In this document: positions 1 through 11,315 of the stretch, in pieces
Layout of the letters: each line of letters begins with the position of its first letter
Position numbering within the stretch: the first letter of the stretch is position 1
From: an uncultured Gammaproteobacteria bacterium
Lineage (GTDB): Bacteria > Pseudomonadota > Gammaproteobacteria > SZUA-229
DNA: 60,943 bases
Direction: 5' to 3'
NCBI GenBank assembly: GCA_963847575.1
Contig: CAWKAL010000072.1
Span: forward strand, 1 to 60,943
Notes under the pieces: generated by a model
The model's database searches: none
Told to the model about the DNA's origin: nothing
Seen by the model: the letters and a program-made list of their open reading frames with translations, nothing else
Position numbers and translations under genes: made by a program

Positions 1-395
1 ACGTAACGCGACACGTCATTGCCATAGCCCATGGCAACGTCCTGCAATTCACACTCGCCGCCCTGGTCACATATCGGGCAGTCCAGTGGATGATTTATCA
101 GCAGAAACTCCATCACCGATTGCTGGGCTTCGCGCGCCATGGCTGAATGCGTGTGCACGACCATGCCATCCATCACCGGCGTTGCACAGGCGGGTAGTGG
201 TTTCGGTGCTTTTTCCACTTCGACCAGGCACATGCGGCAATTGGCAGCGACCGAAAGTTTTTCATGATAACAAAAACGCGGCACACGAATATTCGCCTGG
301 TCGGTCAGCTCAATCAGCATCGCGCCCTTGCGCGCCTGCATCACGACGCCGTCGATTGTGATGGTGACCATGTCTGTATTAGTGTTTTCGCTCAT
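1..395 (-). CDS. nuoG: NADH-quinone oxidoreductase subunit G (5' part, runs off window)
   Basis: Manual translation from ATG 395: MSENTNTDMVTITIDG...PRFCYHEKLSVAANCRMCLVEVEK...ACATPV (2Fe-2S motif); follows nuoF. Confidence 0.95.
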   Translation of the reverse strand, partial: MSENTNTDMVTITIDGVVMQARKGAMLIELTDQANIRVPRFCYHEKLSVAANCRMCLVEVEKAPKPLPACATPVMDGMVVHTHSAMAREAQQSVMEFLLINHPLDCPICDQGGECELQDVAMGYGNDVSRY

Positions 396-414
396 AATAT
401 TCAGAAACTAATTT

Positions 415-519
415 GCCGCAAAGTACGCAAATGACGCGAATGTAAAACAGATACTATTTACGTAATTTGTTACGGATGCTTTCATATTACTAATTTGCGT
501 CTTTCGCGTTTTTCGCGGC
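415..519. repeat. GCCGC-arm inverted repeat cassette, copy 1 (no gene)
   Basis: Left arm 415-441 gccgcaaagtacgcaaatgacgcgaat; right arm 493-519 reverse-complements to gccgcgaaaaacgcgaaagacgcaaat (21/27). Confidence 0.85.
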
Positions 520-526
520 CAGTTTT

Positions 527-1807
527 TCATGCTGCCCTGACCATGCTGCGTTTGTTTTCTACGTAGTATTCAAACTCGGGCCTGAAGTGTTTGATGAAAC
601 TGCGTACCGGCATGGCCGCGGCGTCACCCAGCGCGCAAATGGTGCGGCCTTCGATCTTGCTGGCGACATCATCGAGTTTATCGATATCGTCGTAGGTGCC
701 CTTGCCTTCCACGATGCGTGTCAGCATGCGGTAGAGCCAGCCGGTACCTTCACGACAGGGTGTGCACTGGCCGCAGGATTCAGAAAAATAAAAACGCGAG
801 ATGCGGCGTAAAGCCTGCACCATGTCGGTGGTTTCATCCATCACGATGACCGCACCGGAGCCGAGCATGGAACCGGCGGCCACCACTGAATCGTAATCCA
901 TGTTGGCCTGCATCATGATCTCGGCGGGTACCACGGGCACGGAAGACCCGCCCGGAATCACGGCTTTAAGTTTTTTGCCACCGCGCACACCGCCGGCCAT
1001 TTCGAGCAGCTCGGCAAAGGGCGTACCCATCGGGATTTCAAAGTTACCGGGCTTGTTCACATGCCCGGAGACTGAAAACAGTTTGACACCGCCGCTGTTG
1101 GGCACACCGAAGTCTGCAAACCATTTCGCGCCATTGCGCATGATGGCCGGTACTGACGACAGGGTTTCGGTGTTATTTACCGTGGTGGGTTTGCCGTAGA
1201 GGCCGAAGTTGGCCGGGAACGGCGGCTTGAATCGCGGCAGGCCGCGCTCGCCTTCGAGCGAGTTGAGCAAGGCAGTTTCTTCGCCGCAAATATAGGCACC
1301 GGCGCCGAGTGACGGATAGATATCAATCGTGACATCGCTGCCGAGAATATTTTTACCCAGCAAGCCATTGTCGTAGGCTTCTTTCAATGCCTGTTCGAAA
1401 TGCTGCGCCGGCTCATCCATAAATTCGCCGCGCATGTAGTTGTAACCCACGGTCGCGCCCATGGAATAGCACGCAATCGCCATGCCTTCGACCAGCGCAT
1501 GCGGATTGAAGCGCAGAATATCGCGGTCTTTACAGGTGCCGGGTTCAGATTCATCCGAATTGCACACCAGGTATTTTTGTACCGGCGCATTACGCGGCAT
1601 GAAACTCCATTTAAGGCCGGCGGGAAAACCCGCACCACCACGACCGCGCAGGCCTGATGCCTTGACCTCCTCAATCACAGTCTCGGGGGTAATCTTTTCC
1701 TGCAAAATTTTGCGCCACGCCTGGTAACCACCGGTCTTGAGATAATTCTCGTAAGACCACGGCGTGTCTTCAAACTGCAAGGTCGCGAAACAAACTTCGT
1801 TAGCCAT
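527..1807 (-). CDS. nuoF: NADH-quinone oxidoreductase subunit F
   Basis: [44 protein letters not shown] motifs; start trimmed to MANEV. Confidence 0.97.
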   Translation of the reverse strand: MANEVCFATLQFEDTPWSYENYLKTGGYQAWRKILQEKITPETVIEEVKASGLRGRGGAGFPAGLKWSFMPRNAPVQKYLVCNSDESEPGTCKDRDILRFNPHALVEGMAIACYSMGATVGYNYMRGEFMDEPAQHFEQALKEAYDNGLLGKNILGSDVTIDIYPSLGAGAYICGEETALLNSLEGERGLPRFKPPFPANFGLYGKPTTVNNTETLSSVPAIMRNGAKWFADFGVPNSGGVKLFSVSGHVNKPGNFEIPMGTPFAELLEMAGGVRGGKKLKAVIPGGSSVPVVPAEIMMQANMDYDSVVAAGSMLGSGAVIVMDETTDMVQALRRISRFYFSESCGQCTPCREGTGWLYRMLTRIVEGKGTYDDIDKLDDVASKIEGRTICALGDAAAMPVRSFIKHFRPEFEYYVENKRSMVRAA

Positions 1808-1863
1808 CAGTCTGCAATCTCCATGCATTGAACACACATAAATCACGAATTAAAAAAATCTTT

Positions 1864-2000
1864 GCCGCAAATGAACGCAAATGAACGCAAATATCTTTAT
1901 CAGTACGGCAAACTACATGATGATCAGTAACATGCTTTAAAGCCCGAGCATAACTACCAGCAAATTTTTTACATTCGCGTTCATTTGCGTTCATTGGCGG
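1864..2000. repeat. GCCGC-arm inverted repeat cassette, copy 2 (no gene)
   Basis: Left 1864-1892 gccgcaaatgaacgcaaatgaacgcaaat; right 1973-2000 rc ccgccaatgaacgcaaatgaacgcgaat (26/28). Confidence 0.9.
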
Positions 2001-2008
2001 ACTCATCT

Positions 2009-2515
2009 TCATTCCAGTGCGTCCAGGATCTCGTCGACTTTTTCAGGCGTGAGATTCTCGTAGTATTTGTGATTGACCTGCATCATCGGGCCGCCGGCGC
2101 AGGCGGCGAGGCATTCTTCTTCCTTTTTCAGGTAGATCCTGCCGTCGGGCGTACTTTCACCGATCTTGATGCCGAATTTTTTCTCGACATGATCGACAAT
2201 AGTTTCAGACCCCATCAGCATGCACGAAATATTGGTGCATACCGCGACATTATGCCGAGCAACAGGTTTCAGTTCGTACATCGAATAAAAACTGGCGACT
2301 TCGTAGACTTCGATTTTCGCCAGCTCAAGAATCGCTGCCACTTCATCCATCAATGCAGTGGTGAGATAACCACCGTTCTCGTGCTGCGCCACATTGAGCG
2401 CACCCAGTAAGGCGGATTTTTTCCTGTCTTCCGGATAGCGCGCGAGCAAAACGTCGATCTCGTCGCATGCGTGTTTTGATAATTGATTTTCTTGGGCTTC
2501 GTTCATCGGATTCAC
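2009..2515 (-). CDS. nuoE: NADH-quinone oxidoreductase subunit E
   Basis: VASFYSMY, CTNISC...ECLAAC 2Fe-2S motif; operon position. Confidence 0.95.
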   Translation of the reverse strand: MNPMNEAQENQLSKHACDEIDVLLARYPEDRKKSALLGALNVAQHENGGYLTTALMDEVAAILELAKIEVYEVASFYSMYELKPVARHNVAVCTNISCMLMGSETIVDHVEKKFGIKIGESTPDGRIYLKKEEECLAACAGGPMMQVNHKYYENLTPEKVDEILDALE

Positions 2516-3769
2516 TTACCTGTCGACTTCGCCGAACACGATGTCCTGGGTACCAATAATCGCCACCACGTCGGCCAGCATGTGGCCTTTTGACATTTCA
2601 TCCATCGCTGACAAATGCGCAAATCCCGGCGCGCGGATTTTCAGTCGATAGGGTTTGTTGGCACCGTCAGAAATAATGTAGGTACCGAACTCTCCCTTGG
2701 GGTGTTCGATAGCGGCATAGGCTTCGCCCGCGGGCAAACAGAAACCTTCGGTGAACAGTTTAAAATGATGGATCAGCGATTCCATGTCGGCTTTCATGGT
2801 TTCACGATCGGGCGGGGTAATCTTATGGTCTTCAAGAATGACCGGGCCCGGGTTTTCGCGCAGCCAGTCGATGCATTGTTTAATAATGCGATTCGACTGG
2901 CGCATTTCTTCCATGCGGCACAGATAGCGGTCATAACAGTCGCCGTTGGTGCCGACAGGAATATCAAAATCCATCCGATCATACACTTCATAGGGCTGCT
3001 TCTTGCGCAAATCCCATTCCACGCCTGAACCGCGCAACATCGGCCCGGTGAATCCCAGCTCCATGGCACGTTCCGGTGTGACGATACCGATATCGACCGT
3101 ACGCTGTTTCCAGATGCGGTTATCGGTCAGCAGGGTTTCGTATTCATCGACATAGGCCGGGAAGCGTACAGTGAAATCTTCAAGGAAATCGAGCAGCGAG
3201 CCCTGGCGGTTTTCATTGAGTTTGCGCACTTCGCGTTCGTTATGCCATTTCGACGCCTTGTAATGCGGCATGCTGTCGGGCAGATCGCGCGCGACACCAC
3301 CGGGGCGGTAATAGGTTGCATGCAATCGTGCACCGGAAACCGCTTCGTAGCAGTCCATTAAATCTTCGCGTTCGCGGAAAGCATAGAGGAACATGGTCAT
3401 GGCGCCGACATCGAGTGCGTGCGCGCCTATCCACAACAGGTGGTTAAGAATTCGCGTGACTTCATCGAACATCACACGAATGTACTGCGCGCGCTCCGGG
3501 CATTCGACACCAAGCAGTTTTTCGATGGCCAGCACATAACCGTGCTCATTACACATCATCGATACATAATCGAGCCGGTCCATGTAACCGATGCTCTGGT
3601 TATAGGGTTTGCTTTCGGCAAGTTTTTCAGTCGCGCGGTGCAACAGGCCGATATGCGGGTCGGCACGTTGAATCACTTCACCGTCCATTTCCAGCACCAG
3701 GCGCAATACCCCGTGTGCAGCCGGATGTTGCGGGCCAAAGTTGAGCGTGTAATTACGAATTTCAGGCAT
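2516..3769 (-). CDS. nuoD: NADH-quinone oxidoreductase subunit D
   Basis: [17 protein letters not shown]-terminal GEVDR; start trimmed to MPEIRNY. Confidence 0.97.
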   Translation of the reverse strand: MPEIRNYTLNFGPQHPAAHGVLRLVLEMDGEVIQRADPHIGLLHRATEKLAESKPYNQSIGYMDRLDYVSMMCNEHGYVLAIEKLLGVECPERAQYIRVMFDEVTRILNHLLWIGAHALDVGAMTMFLYAFREREDLMDCYEAVSGARLHATYYRPGGVARDLPDSMPHYKASKWHNEREVRKLNENRQGSLLDFLEDFTVRFPAYVDEYETLLTDNRIWKQRTVDIGIVTPERAMELGFTGPMLRGSGVEWDLRKKQPYEVYDRMDFDIPVGTNGDCYDRYLCRMEEMRQSNRIIKQCIDWLRENPGPVILEDHKITPPDRETMKADMESLIHHFKLFTEGFCLPAGEAYAAIEHPKGEFGTYIISDGANKPYRLKIRAPGFAHLSAMDEMSKGHMLADVVAIIGTQDIVFGEVDR

Positions 3770-4493
3770 TGCTGTTTTCCTGCTCGCTCTGACCGGGTTC
3801 TGCGGCCTGCGCTTTGTCATCGCGAATCACCCGCGGCACCAGCACGCGTGGTTCGATCGTCACCGGCTGGTAGATCACGCGTTTCTGTTCCGGGTCATAG
3901 CGCATTTCGACGTGACCAATCAGCGGGAAGTCCTTGCGGAAAGGATGACCGACAAAACCATAGTCGGTGAGAATACGGCGCAGATCCGGGTGGCCTTCGA
4001 AAAGAATACCGAACAGGTCGAAAGCTTCGCGCTCGTACCAGTTGGCAGATGCCCACAATGAAATCACCGAGGGCACCACCGGCACGGCATCGTTCTCGCA
4101 ATAACAACGCACGCGCAGGCGCTGGTTGTTACGGATGGACAACAAATGGTAAACCGCGGCGTAACGCTGACGATCATTGTTTTTATAAGACGGTACATCA
4201 CCAAAGCGCATGCGCGCGTTTACGCCCGGGGTAACGCCACGACTGAAACCTGTACTGGTTGACGATGTCGTAGTCCACTCCGCACTACCGTACTCGGAAT
4301 AATCCACACCGCAGACGTCAATCAATTGTTCGAAACCAAATGCAGTGTCGTCGCGCAGCTGCTGGCACACGGCTATCAGCTCGGTGGCTGACACTTCAAT
4401 CGTGACTTCACCTGCCGCAACCACGTTCGATACCAGGCGAGCACCAAATGCGCGCTGGAGGGCTTCAGAGAGTTGCTGAACTTTGCTCGACAT
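3762..4493 (-). CDS. nuoC: NADH-quinone oxidoreductase subunit C (unfused from NuoD)
   Basis: [37 protein letters not shown]. Confidence 0.96.
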   Translation of the reverse strand: MSSKVQQLSEALQRAFGARLVSNVVAAGEVTIEVSATELIAVCQQLRDDTAFGFEQLIDVCGVDYSEYGSAEWTTTSSTSTGFSRGVTPGVNARMRFGDVPSYKNNDRQRYAAVYHLLSIRNNQRLRVRCYCENDAVPVVPSVISLWASANWYEREAFDLFGILFEGHPDLRRILTDYGFVGHPFRKDFPLIGHVEMRYDPEQKRVIYQPVTIEPRVLVPRVIRDDKAQAAEPGQSEQENSNA

Positions 4494-4505
4494 AATGATT
4501 CCTTT

Positions 4506-4982
4506 CTAACGAGCGATGGTATTGGTGCGGCGGATTTTGTTCTGCAACTGGATAATTCCGTAGAGCAGCGCTTCCGCTGTCGGCGGGCAACCGGGGACGT
4601 ATATATCGACCGGCACGATACGGTCACAACCGCGCACCACCGAATAGGAATAATGATAATAGCCGCCGCCGTTGGCGCATGAGCCCATGGAAATCACCCA
4701 GCGCGGTTCCGCCATCTGGTCATAGACCTTGCGCAGTGCAGGCGCCATCTTGTTGCACAGGGTGCCGGCAACAATCATCACGTCGGACTGGCGCGGTGAC
4801 GGCCGGAAAATAATACCGAAACGGTCGAGGTCATAACGCGAAGCACCTGCCTGCATCATTTCCACCGCACAACAGGCAAGACCAAAGGTCATCGGCCACA
4901 GCGAACCGGTGCGCGCCCAGTTGATCAGCTTGTCGGCTGAAGTGGTAACAAAGCCTTTTTCGAGTACGCCTTCTATTCCCAT
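4506..4982 (-). CDS. nuoB: NADH-quinone oxidoreductase subunit B
   Basis: [23 protein letters not shown]; start trimmed to MGIEG. Confidence 0.97.
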   Translation of the reverse strand: MGIEGVLEKGFVTTSADKLINWARTGSLWPMTFGLACCAVEMMQAGASRYDLDRFGIIFRPSPRQSDVMIVAGTLCNKMAPALRKVYDQMAEPRWVISMGSCANGGGYYHYSYSVVRGCDRIVPVDIYVPGCPPTAEALLYGIIQLQNKIRRTNTIAR

Positions 4983-5332
4983 TCCAGCGCTCCTTTTTTC
5001 CACTCGTATATAAAGCCGATCACCAGGATGCCGAGGAACACGGCCATGGCAAGAATACCGAACATGCCGATCTCGTCGAGCACGATGGCCCAGGGAAACA
5101 GGAAAGCAATTTCCAGATCGAATACGATGAACAGGATGGCAACGAGGTAATAACGCACATCGAATTTCATGCGCGAATCTTCAAATGCCTCGAAGCCACA
5201 TTCGAAAGGAGAATTCTTGGCGGCGTCAGGGCGATGCGGCGCCAGCAGGAAACCGCCCATAAACATGGCAATGACACCCACGCCCACGCCGATGGCGAGA
5301 AAAATCAGAATTGGCAAATAATTTTCGAGCAT
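4973..5332 (-). CDS. nuoA: NADH-quinone oxidoreductase subunit A
   Basis: [29 protein letters not shown]. Confidence 0.97.
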   Translation of the reverse strand: MLENYLPILIFLAIGVGVGVIAMFMGGFLLAPHRPDAAKNSPFECGFEAFEDSRMKFDVRYYLVAILFIVFDLEIAFLFPWAIVLDEIGMFGILAMAVFLGILVIGFIYEWKKGALEWE

Positions 5333-5458
5333 TTTAACTCCGCATAGGCCCGGTACATTGCCGGCCCTGTTCGTTATGTTGCTCCGCCCTGGAGACGTCC
5401 TCTGGACTTTTTCCCTTTTAGCGTCGACTTATCACCGACGTATTATCGTCTTGTTATA

Positions 5459-5543
5459 TGGTGCCGACGGCCGGACTCGAACCGGCACAGCTTTCGCCAC
5501 TACCCCCTCAAGATAGCGTGTCTACCAATTTCACCACGTCGGC
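5459..5543 (-). tRNA. tRNA-Leu (GAG)
   Basis: GCCGACGTGGTGAAATTGGTAGACACG...CTATC-TTGAGGG-GGTAG...GGTTCGAGTCC...CACCA; 85 nt with long variable arm; standard position after secG. Confidence 0.95.
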
Positions 5544-5563
5544 TATTGATCTAACAGTGATCG

Positions 5564-5956
5564 TTACTCTGCAGCCGGTGGTGGTATAGCACTGTCGGCT
5601 TCGGCAGGAAGCTCGGCGGGTTGAGGCACATTGTCCTCGACCGCATTAAACAGGGGTGCTTCTACTGCCGGAGTATCACTTTGTAACTGAATTTGCTCAA
5701 TGCTATCAATAACGCTGGTAGGCATATCGCGGTTAGCCGCCAGGTAAGCGAGCGCGAGGCTGTTGAGGAAAAAACCGGTGGCAAGGATTGCCGTGGTTTT
5801 GCTCAGAAAATTCGACGAGCCGCTGGCACCGAATACCGAGGTTGCACCGCCGCCAAATGTTGCGCCTTCACTCGCGCCTTTGCCTTTTTGCAGCAGTACC
5901 AGGGTAATGATACCGAACGCAAGACATACATGAAGTACCAGCAGAATTATATCCAC
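5564..5956 (-). CDS. secG: Preprotein translocase subunit SecG
   Basis: VLLQKGKGA..GATFGGGA.SVFGASGSSNFLSKTT; tpiA-secG-tRNA-Leu synteny. Confidence 0.95.
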   Translation of the reverse strand: MDIILLVLHVCLAFGIITLVLLQKGKGASEGATFGGGATSVFGASGSSNFLSKTTAILATGFFLNSLALAYLAANRDMPTSVIDSIEQIQLQSDTPAVEAPLFNAVEDNVPQPAELPAEADSAIPPPAAE

Positions 5957-5961
5957 TTAAA

Positions 5962-6711
5962 TTAACCGCCCGCTTTACAAATTGTTAAAAAATCTTCAGC
6001 CTTGAGTGAAGCGCCGCCGATCAGACCGCCATCGATGTCCGCCTGGCCGATGAGCTCAGCCGCGTTGGCGGGGTTCATGCTGCCACCGTAGAGGATGCGC
6101 AGGCCTGCCGCTATGTCCTCATCCAGTTTAGCAATCTTGTTGCGAATGAATGCGTGTACTTCCTGCGCCTGTTCGGGCGAAGCTGTCTTGCCGGTACCAA
6201 TCGCCCAGACCGGCTCGTAGGCCAGCACTGCGTTGGCCAGCGAGCCCACACCTTCGGCGTACAGTAAGGCGTCCAGCTGGCGCGCGATGACTTTCTCGGT
6301 GACGCCGGATTCGCGCTCTTCCAGGGTTTCGCCGATACAGAAAATCGGTTTCAGACCGTGCTTTAATACTGCGCTGTATTTGATCGCGGTAACAGCGTCA
6401 GTTTCACCGTACAGGCTGCGACGCTCGGAATGGCCGATAATGACATATTCGACACCAAAGTCTTTCAGCATGGGGCCGGCAACTTCACCGGTAAATGCGC
6501 CTGAATCCTGGTCGCACATGTTCTGCGCACCCAGCTTGATGCCAGAACCGGCAATGGCGTCGGCAACGCCGGGGATGAATACATAGGTGGGACAGACGAC
6601 AACTTCGGCTTTTACGCCGGCAGCACCTGCCTTGATTCCCTCAATGAGCTGTTTGACGCTTTCCCTGGATCCGTTCATCTTCCAGTTGCCAGCTACCATC
6701 ACCTGCCGCAT
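5962..6711 (-). CDS. tpiA: Triosephosphate isomerase
   Basis: AGNWKMNG, IIGHSERR, AYEPVWAIGTG, GGLIGGASL. Confidence 0.98.
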   Translation of the reverse strand: MRQVMVAGNWKMNGSRESVKQLIEGIKAGAAGVKAEVVVCPTYVFIPGVADAIAGSGIKLGAQNMCDQDSGAFTGEVAGPMLKDFGVEYVIIGHSERRSLYGETDAVTAIKYSAVLKHGLKPIFCIGETLEERESGVTEKVIARQLDALLYAEGVGSLANAVLAYEPVWAIGTGKTASPEQAQEVHAFIRNKIAKLDEDIAAGLRILYGGSMNPANAAELIGQADIDGGLIGGASLKAEDFLTICKAGG

Positions 6712-6886
6712 TACGCACTCCACCTGATTCTAAAGGGGGGCAAGGATACCTGTCGGCACTGAATAAATCAATGACGCGAATGGGTATATATGCCCGCCAC
6801 CGTCGCCAAAATTGATGTGAAGGGCCTCAGATAAACAAAGACTTAGTTTATTGGCGCGCAGCGCCGGCAGGCAAAGACGGGCAGAC

Positions 6887-8221
6887 TTACAAGGCGGCCT
6901 GAACTGAAGTGGCGATAGATTGCGTAAGTTCGTTGACCTGGGCCTCGTTTTCACCTTCCACCATCACCCGCACCAGCGGCTCGGTGCCGGAGGGGCGCAA
7001 CAGCACGCGGCCACTGCCATTGAGGACTTTTTCGGCATTTTTCACTGCCGCTTTGACCGCGCTTGAGTTCAGCGGATCGCCCTGCCCGCTGAGTTTCACA
7101 TTGATCATGCACTGCGGCAGCTTGTGCATGCTGCCAAGCGCGTCGCTGAGCGACTGCCCGGTTTCAGCCAGGTGCTCCAGCACCTGCAAGGCCGACACGA
7201 TGCCGTCACCCGTGGTGGTACGATCAAGACAGATGATATGCCCGGAGGATTCACCACCGAAGCTCCATTGTCTTTGATTGAGCGCTTCCAGCACGTAACG
7301 GTCGCCGACGGCCGCGCGTACAAACTCCAGCCCCATGCGCCGGATCGCCAGCTCCAGCCCCATGTTGCTCATCTGCGTGCCCACCACGCCGCCAGGCTGG
7401 GCACCGCTGCGCACCCGCGAACAGGTAATGATGTAGAGCAGCTCGTCGCCATCGACAATATTACCGCTGGCATCGACCATCACCACGCGATCGCCATCAC
7501 CGTCGAACGCGATACCAAGGTCGGCTTTTTCAGCCAGTACTTTTTCACGCAGCGCACGTGGTGAGGTCGAGCCGATATCGGCATTGATATTGAGGCCATC
7601 GGGCTCGTCACCGATGGTAATCACCTCGGCACCCAGCTCGATAAACACGCTGGGCGCGATGTGATAGGTCGCGCCGTTGGCGCAATCGAGCACTATTTTC
7701 ATGCCGGTGAAACGCGTGCCGATTGGAATACTCGCCTTGCAGGCTTCGATATAGCGGCCATAGGCATCGGCCACGCGCTGGGCCTTGCCGAGTTGCGCCG
7801 AATCAACGGTGGTCATGGGCGATTCGAACATGTCTTCGATGCGGTGTTCGATATCATCTGGCAGCTTGGTGCCCTGCGCCGAGAAAAACTTGAGCCCGTT
7901 ATCGTAGTAAGGATTGTGCGAGGCACTGATCACTATGCCTGCCGATGCGCGCAGCGTGCGCGTGAGATAGGCAATGCCCGGCGTCGGCATCGGCCCGAGC
8001 AGGCGCACATTGACACCGGCCGCTGACAGGCCCGCTTCCAGCGCGGATTCGAACATATACCCGGAAATGCGCGTGTCCTTGCCTATCACGACCAGGCGTT
8101 CACCCTGGCTGGCAAGTACACGGCCAACGGCCCAGCCGAGCTTGAGTACCTGGTCGGCCGTCATCATGCCTTCACCGACACGCCCACGAATACCATCGGT
8201 TCCAAAATATTTACGCGCCAT
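6887..8221 (-). CDS. glmM: Phosphoglucosamine mutase
   Basis: [36 protein letters not shown]. Confidence 0.97.
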   Translation of the reverse strand: MARKYFGTDGIRGRVGEGMMTADQVLKLGWAVGRVLASQGERLVVIGKDTRISGYMFESALEAGLSAAGVNVRLLGPMPTPGIAYLTRTLRASAGIVISASHNPYYDNGLKFFSAQGTKLPDDIEHRIEDMFESPMTTVDSAQLGKAQRVADAYGRYIEACKASIPIGTRFTGMKIVLDCANGATYHIAPSVFIELGAEVITIGDEPDGLNINADIGSTSPRALREKVLAEKADLGIAFDGDGDRVVMVDASGNIVDGDELLYIITCSRVRSGAQPGGVVGTQMSNMGLELAIRRMGLEFVRAAVGDRYVLEALNQRQWSFGGESSGHIICLDRTTTGDGIVSALQVLEHLAETGQSLSDALGSMHKLPQCMINVKLSGQGDPLNSSAVKAAVKNAEKVLNGSGRVLLRPSGTEPLVRVMVEGENEAQVNELTQSIATSVQAAL

Positions 8222-8270
8222 TATCAATTCACTTCTGTTCTGAGGTTTCTGTTTATCGTATTCACTTTTC

Positions 8271-8301
8271 CCCGGATGCGGTAGAACTGCATCCGGGCTA
8301 C
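8271..8301 (-). repeat. GTAG-family REP-like palindrome
   Basis: Minus strand GTAG-CCCGGATGC-AGTTCTACC-GCATCCGGG: GTAG tetranucleotide followed by a 9-bp perfect stem. Confidence 0.6.
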
Positions 8302-8304
8302 ATT

Positions 8305-8346
8305 CTATTCACTATTCACTATTCACTATTCATTATTCATTGCTTT
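8305..8346 (-). repeat. 7-bp tandem array (TGAATAG)n overlapping the folP stop
   Basis: Plus strand (CTATTCA)x4 at 8305-8332 then TTATTCA; minus strand reads AAGCAATGAATAATGAATAGTGAATAG... Confidence 0.9.
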
Positions 8347-9168
8347 TCTAACTGCGTCGCACAGCTTTAATGCATCAACCGTTTCCGTGACATCGTGCAC
8401 CCGGAAAAACCGCACGCCCTTGATGCACGCGATCACTGCTGCGGTCACACTACCGATGACTCGGTCATTGACCGGCCGTTCCAGTAACTCGCCCAGCATG
8501 CTCTTGCGTGAAATACCCACCAGTACCGGAAAGTCTAGACCACAAAATGCGTCGATGTTGGCCAGCATTTGCAGATTATGTTCGAGGCTTTTGCCAAAAC
8601 CGAAACCCGGGTCGAGAATAATATGCTGTTCGGATATCCCGCGCTCGACACAGGCCTGGGCACGTTCGCGCAAAAACTTGCGCACCTCGGCCACCACGTT
8701 CTGATACTCCGGCCTGTGCTGCATGGTACGCGGCTCGCCCTGCATGTGCATCAGGCATACCGGCACATTCAGCTCGGCACAGGCTTCCACGGCACCGGGC
8801 GCACGCAGGGCATAAACATCATTGATCAAATTGGCGCCGGCGGCGACAGCGGCGCGCATCACTTCGGGCTTGCTGGTATCGATCGAAACGGGCACATCAC
8901 TGTGCTGGCGAATCGCCTCGATCACAGGTACCACCCGGTGGATTTCTTCATCTGCAGTCACCGGCTCGGCGCCGGGACGGGTGGACTCACCACCGACATC
9001 GATCATATCGGCACCCTGGAGTTCCATTTCACGCGCACGCTCGAGCGCGATTTCCACGCCGCTGAACTGTCCGCCATCCGAGAACGAATCCGGCGTGACA
9101 TTGAGCACCCCCAGAATCACCGGCCGATGCGAGCGCAACAGCTCCAGGGTTTTATCAACACTGCTCAT
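8326..9168 (-). CDS. folP: Dihydropteroate synthase
   Basis: GVLNVTPDSFSDGG, GGESTRPGA, DPGFGFGK, SRKS, RVHDV. Confidence 0.97.
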   Translation of the reverse strand: MSSVDKTLELLRSHRPVILGVLNVTPDSFSDGGQFSGVEIALERAREMELQGADMIDVGGESTRPGAEPVTADEEIHRVVPVIEAIRQHSDVPVSIDTSKPEVMRAAVAAGANLINDVYALRAPGAVEACAELNVPVCLMHMQGEPRTMQHRPEYQNVVAEVRKFLRERAQACVERGISEQHIILDPGFGFGKSLEHNLQMLANIDAFCGLDFPVLVGISRKSMLGELLERPVNDRVIGSVTAAVIACIKGVRFFRVHDVTETVDALKLCDAVRKAMNNE

Positions 9169-9203
9169 TAAATATCACTACCCATGTATCTGTAAGGTAT
9201 CAA

Positions 9204-9228
9204 TAAAAAAGGGAGCCAAGCTCCCTTT
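9204..9228 (-). terminator. Rho-independent terminator downstream of ftsH
   Basis: Minus strand AAAGGGAGC-TTG-GCTCCCTTTTTT. Confidence 0.75.
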
Positions 9229-9269
9229 AATATCTTTTCACACCCGGCAAAAACATTCGAGCCCGGCAT

Positions 9270-9312
9270 TTCATTTTTCATTATTCACTATTCATTATTA
9301 ATTGCTCAATGA
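9270..9312 (-). repeat. Degenerate 7-bp tandem array at the 3' end of ftsH
   Basis: Plus strand ttcattt ttcatta ttcacta ttcatta ttaattg; minus strand GCAATTAATAATGAATAGTGAATAATG, a few nt after the ftsH stop. Confidence 0.75.
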
Positions 9313-11250
9313 TCAGTGCTGATTTGCCGTGCCACCAATTGAGCCTTTATGTTTATCGGCTTTTTCACCGATGTCTGCACTGGCACCACCACTTGGGCCA
9401 GTCGGCGGCTCTGGCGTGTCGTGCCAGTCTCTCGGTGGCGGCGGCTCGCGGCGTTCCATCAGCGCGTCAATCATGGCCACGTCAATGGTTTCATATTTGA
9501 TCAGTGCTTCCGCCATGTTATTGAGTATATCGAGATTATCGCTCAGCATTTTGTGCGCGCGTTCGTAATTACGGTCGATGAAAGTGCGCACTTCTTCGTC
9601 GATAATGCGCGCGGTATCGTCACCCATGTTCTTGTGCTTGGTCACCGAGCGACCGAGGAACACTTCGCCTTCGTCCTCGATATAGGTCAGCGGGCCGAGA
9701 CGTTCTGACAGGCCCCACTTGGTCACCATGTTGCGCGCAATTTCGGTGGCGCGCTCGATATCATTCGAAGCGCCGGTGGTCACGCTGTCAGCACCAAAAA
9801 TCAGCTCTTCGGCAATACGCCCGCCGAACAGGCTGGAGATCATGCTTTCGAGATGTTTCTTGCTGTGGCTGTAGCGGTCGGCTTCGGGCAGGAACATGGT
9901 AATACCCAGCGCGCGGCCACGCGGAATAATGCTGACCTTGTAGACCGGATCATGTTCCGGCACCAGTCGACCGACAATCGCATGACCGGCTTCGTGGTAA
10001 GCCGTGAGTTTTTTCTCGTCTTCCGACATCACCATGGAGCGACGCTCGGTGCCCATCATGATCTTGTCCTTGGCGCGTTCGAAATGGCGCATCTCGACCT
10101 GCTTGCAGTTTTCGCGCGCGGCAAACAACGCGGCTTCGTTCACCAGGTTGGCCAGATCGGCACCGGAGAAACCGGGTGTGCCACGGGCAATAATCGCCGG
10201 ATTGACATCACGTGCTTCCGGCACCTTGCGGATATGGACTTTCAGAATCTGTTCGCGACCACGGATGTCGGGCAGCGGCACCACCACCTGGCGGTCGAAA
10301 CGACCGGGGCGCAGCAGCGCCGGATCGAGCACATCGGGACGGTTGGTGGCAGCAATGACAATCACGCCTTCGTTGCCTTCGAAACCATCCATTTCGACCA
10401 GCAACTGGTTGAGGGTCTGCTCGCGCTCGTCGTGACCACCGCCGAGACCGGCACCGCGATGACGACCGACAGCATCGATTTCGTCGATGAAGATAATACA
10501 GGGCGCGTGTTTTTTCGCCGTCTCGAACATGTCACGTACGCGCGAGGCACCGACGCCGACAAACATTTCAACAAAGTCGGAACCTGAAATAGTGAAGAAC
10601 GGCACCTTGGCTTCACCGGCGATGGCACGTGCCAGCAGGGTTTTACCGGTACCCGGCGAACCCACCATGAGCACGCCCTTGGGAATCTTGCCGCCCAGTT
10701 TCTGGAATCGGCCCGGGTCGCGCAGAAATTCGACCAGCTCGGAAACTTCTTCCTTGGCCTCGTCTGCACCGGCAACATCATTGAATGTGACCTTGATCTG
10801 GTCTTCACCCAGCATGCGCGCCTTGCTCTTGCCGAACGACATGGCGCCACGGCCACCCGCACCGCCCTGCATCTGGCGCATGAAGAATATCCAGATGCCT
10901 ATCAGCAGCAGGAACGGAAACCATGAAATAAATATGGTCATCAGCAAAGACTGGCTTTCCGGCGGCATCGCCTTGATTTCAACACCGTTGCTGAGCAGGT
11001 CACCCACCATGGCGCTATTGTTGGTTTCGGGGCTGTAGGTGCTGAACGGCGTACCGTTGGACAATCGGCCCTTGATATCACGGCCATCGATCACAACTTC
11101 GCTGACCTGTGACTGTTTCACCATATCAATGAACGCGGAATACGCGACCATCTGTGGGCTGGTGCCGGTTTTGCTGAAATTACTGAAAACTGACAGCAGT
11201 ACTACCGCTATGACAGCCCACAGGATGAGATTCTTGGCCAGATCGTTCAA
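9313..11250 (-). CDS. ftsH: ATP-dependent zinc metalloprotease FtsH
   Basis: Two TM segments, GSPGTGKT Walker [14 protein letters not shown] zinc motif. Confidence 0.98.
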   Translation of the reverse strand: MNDLAKNLILWAVIAVVLLSVFSNFSKTGTSPQMVAYSAFIDMVKQSQVSEVVIDGRDIKGRLSNGTPFSTYSPETNNSAMVGDLLSNGVEIKAMPPESQSLLMTIFISWFPFLLLIGIWIFFMRQMQGGAGGRGAMSFGKSKARMLGEDQIKVTFNDVAGADEAKEEVSELVEFLRDPGRFQKLGGKIPKGVLMVGSPGTGKTLLARAIAGEAKVPFFTISGSDFVEMFVGVGASRVRDMFETAKKHAPCIIFIDEIDAVGRHRGAGLGGGHDEREQTLNQLLVEMDGFEGNEGVIVIAATNRPDVLDPALLRPGRFDRQVVVPLPDIRGREQILKVHIRKVPEARDVNPAIIARGTPGFSGADLANLVNEAALFAARENCKQVEMRHFERAKDKIMMGTERRSMVMSEDEKKLTAYHEAGHAIVGRLVPEHDPVYKVSIIPRGRALGITMFLPEADRYSHSKKHLESMISSLFGGRIAEELIFGADSVTTGASNDIERATEIARNMVTKWGLSERLGPLTYIEDEGEVFLGRSVTKHKNMGDDTARIIDEEVRTFIDRNYERAHKMLSDNLDILNNMAEALIKYETIDVAMIDALMERREPPPPRDWHDTPEPPTGPSGGASADIGEKADKHKGSIGGTANQH

Positions 11251-11315
11251 GTTAGCGCTCCGAATGTATCCGCGAATAAATAACGAATATTAGATGTTGT
11301 TAAACTTACTATAGT

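Noticed and set aside
1800-2012. 70-aa ORF between nuoE and nuoF
   Set aside because: Largely translation of the repeat arms (MNANERE, ICVHLRSFAA); no evidence it is a gene.
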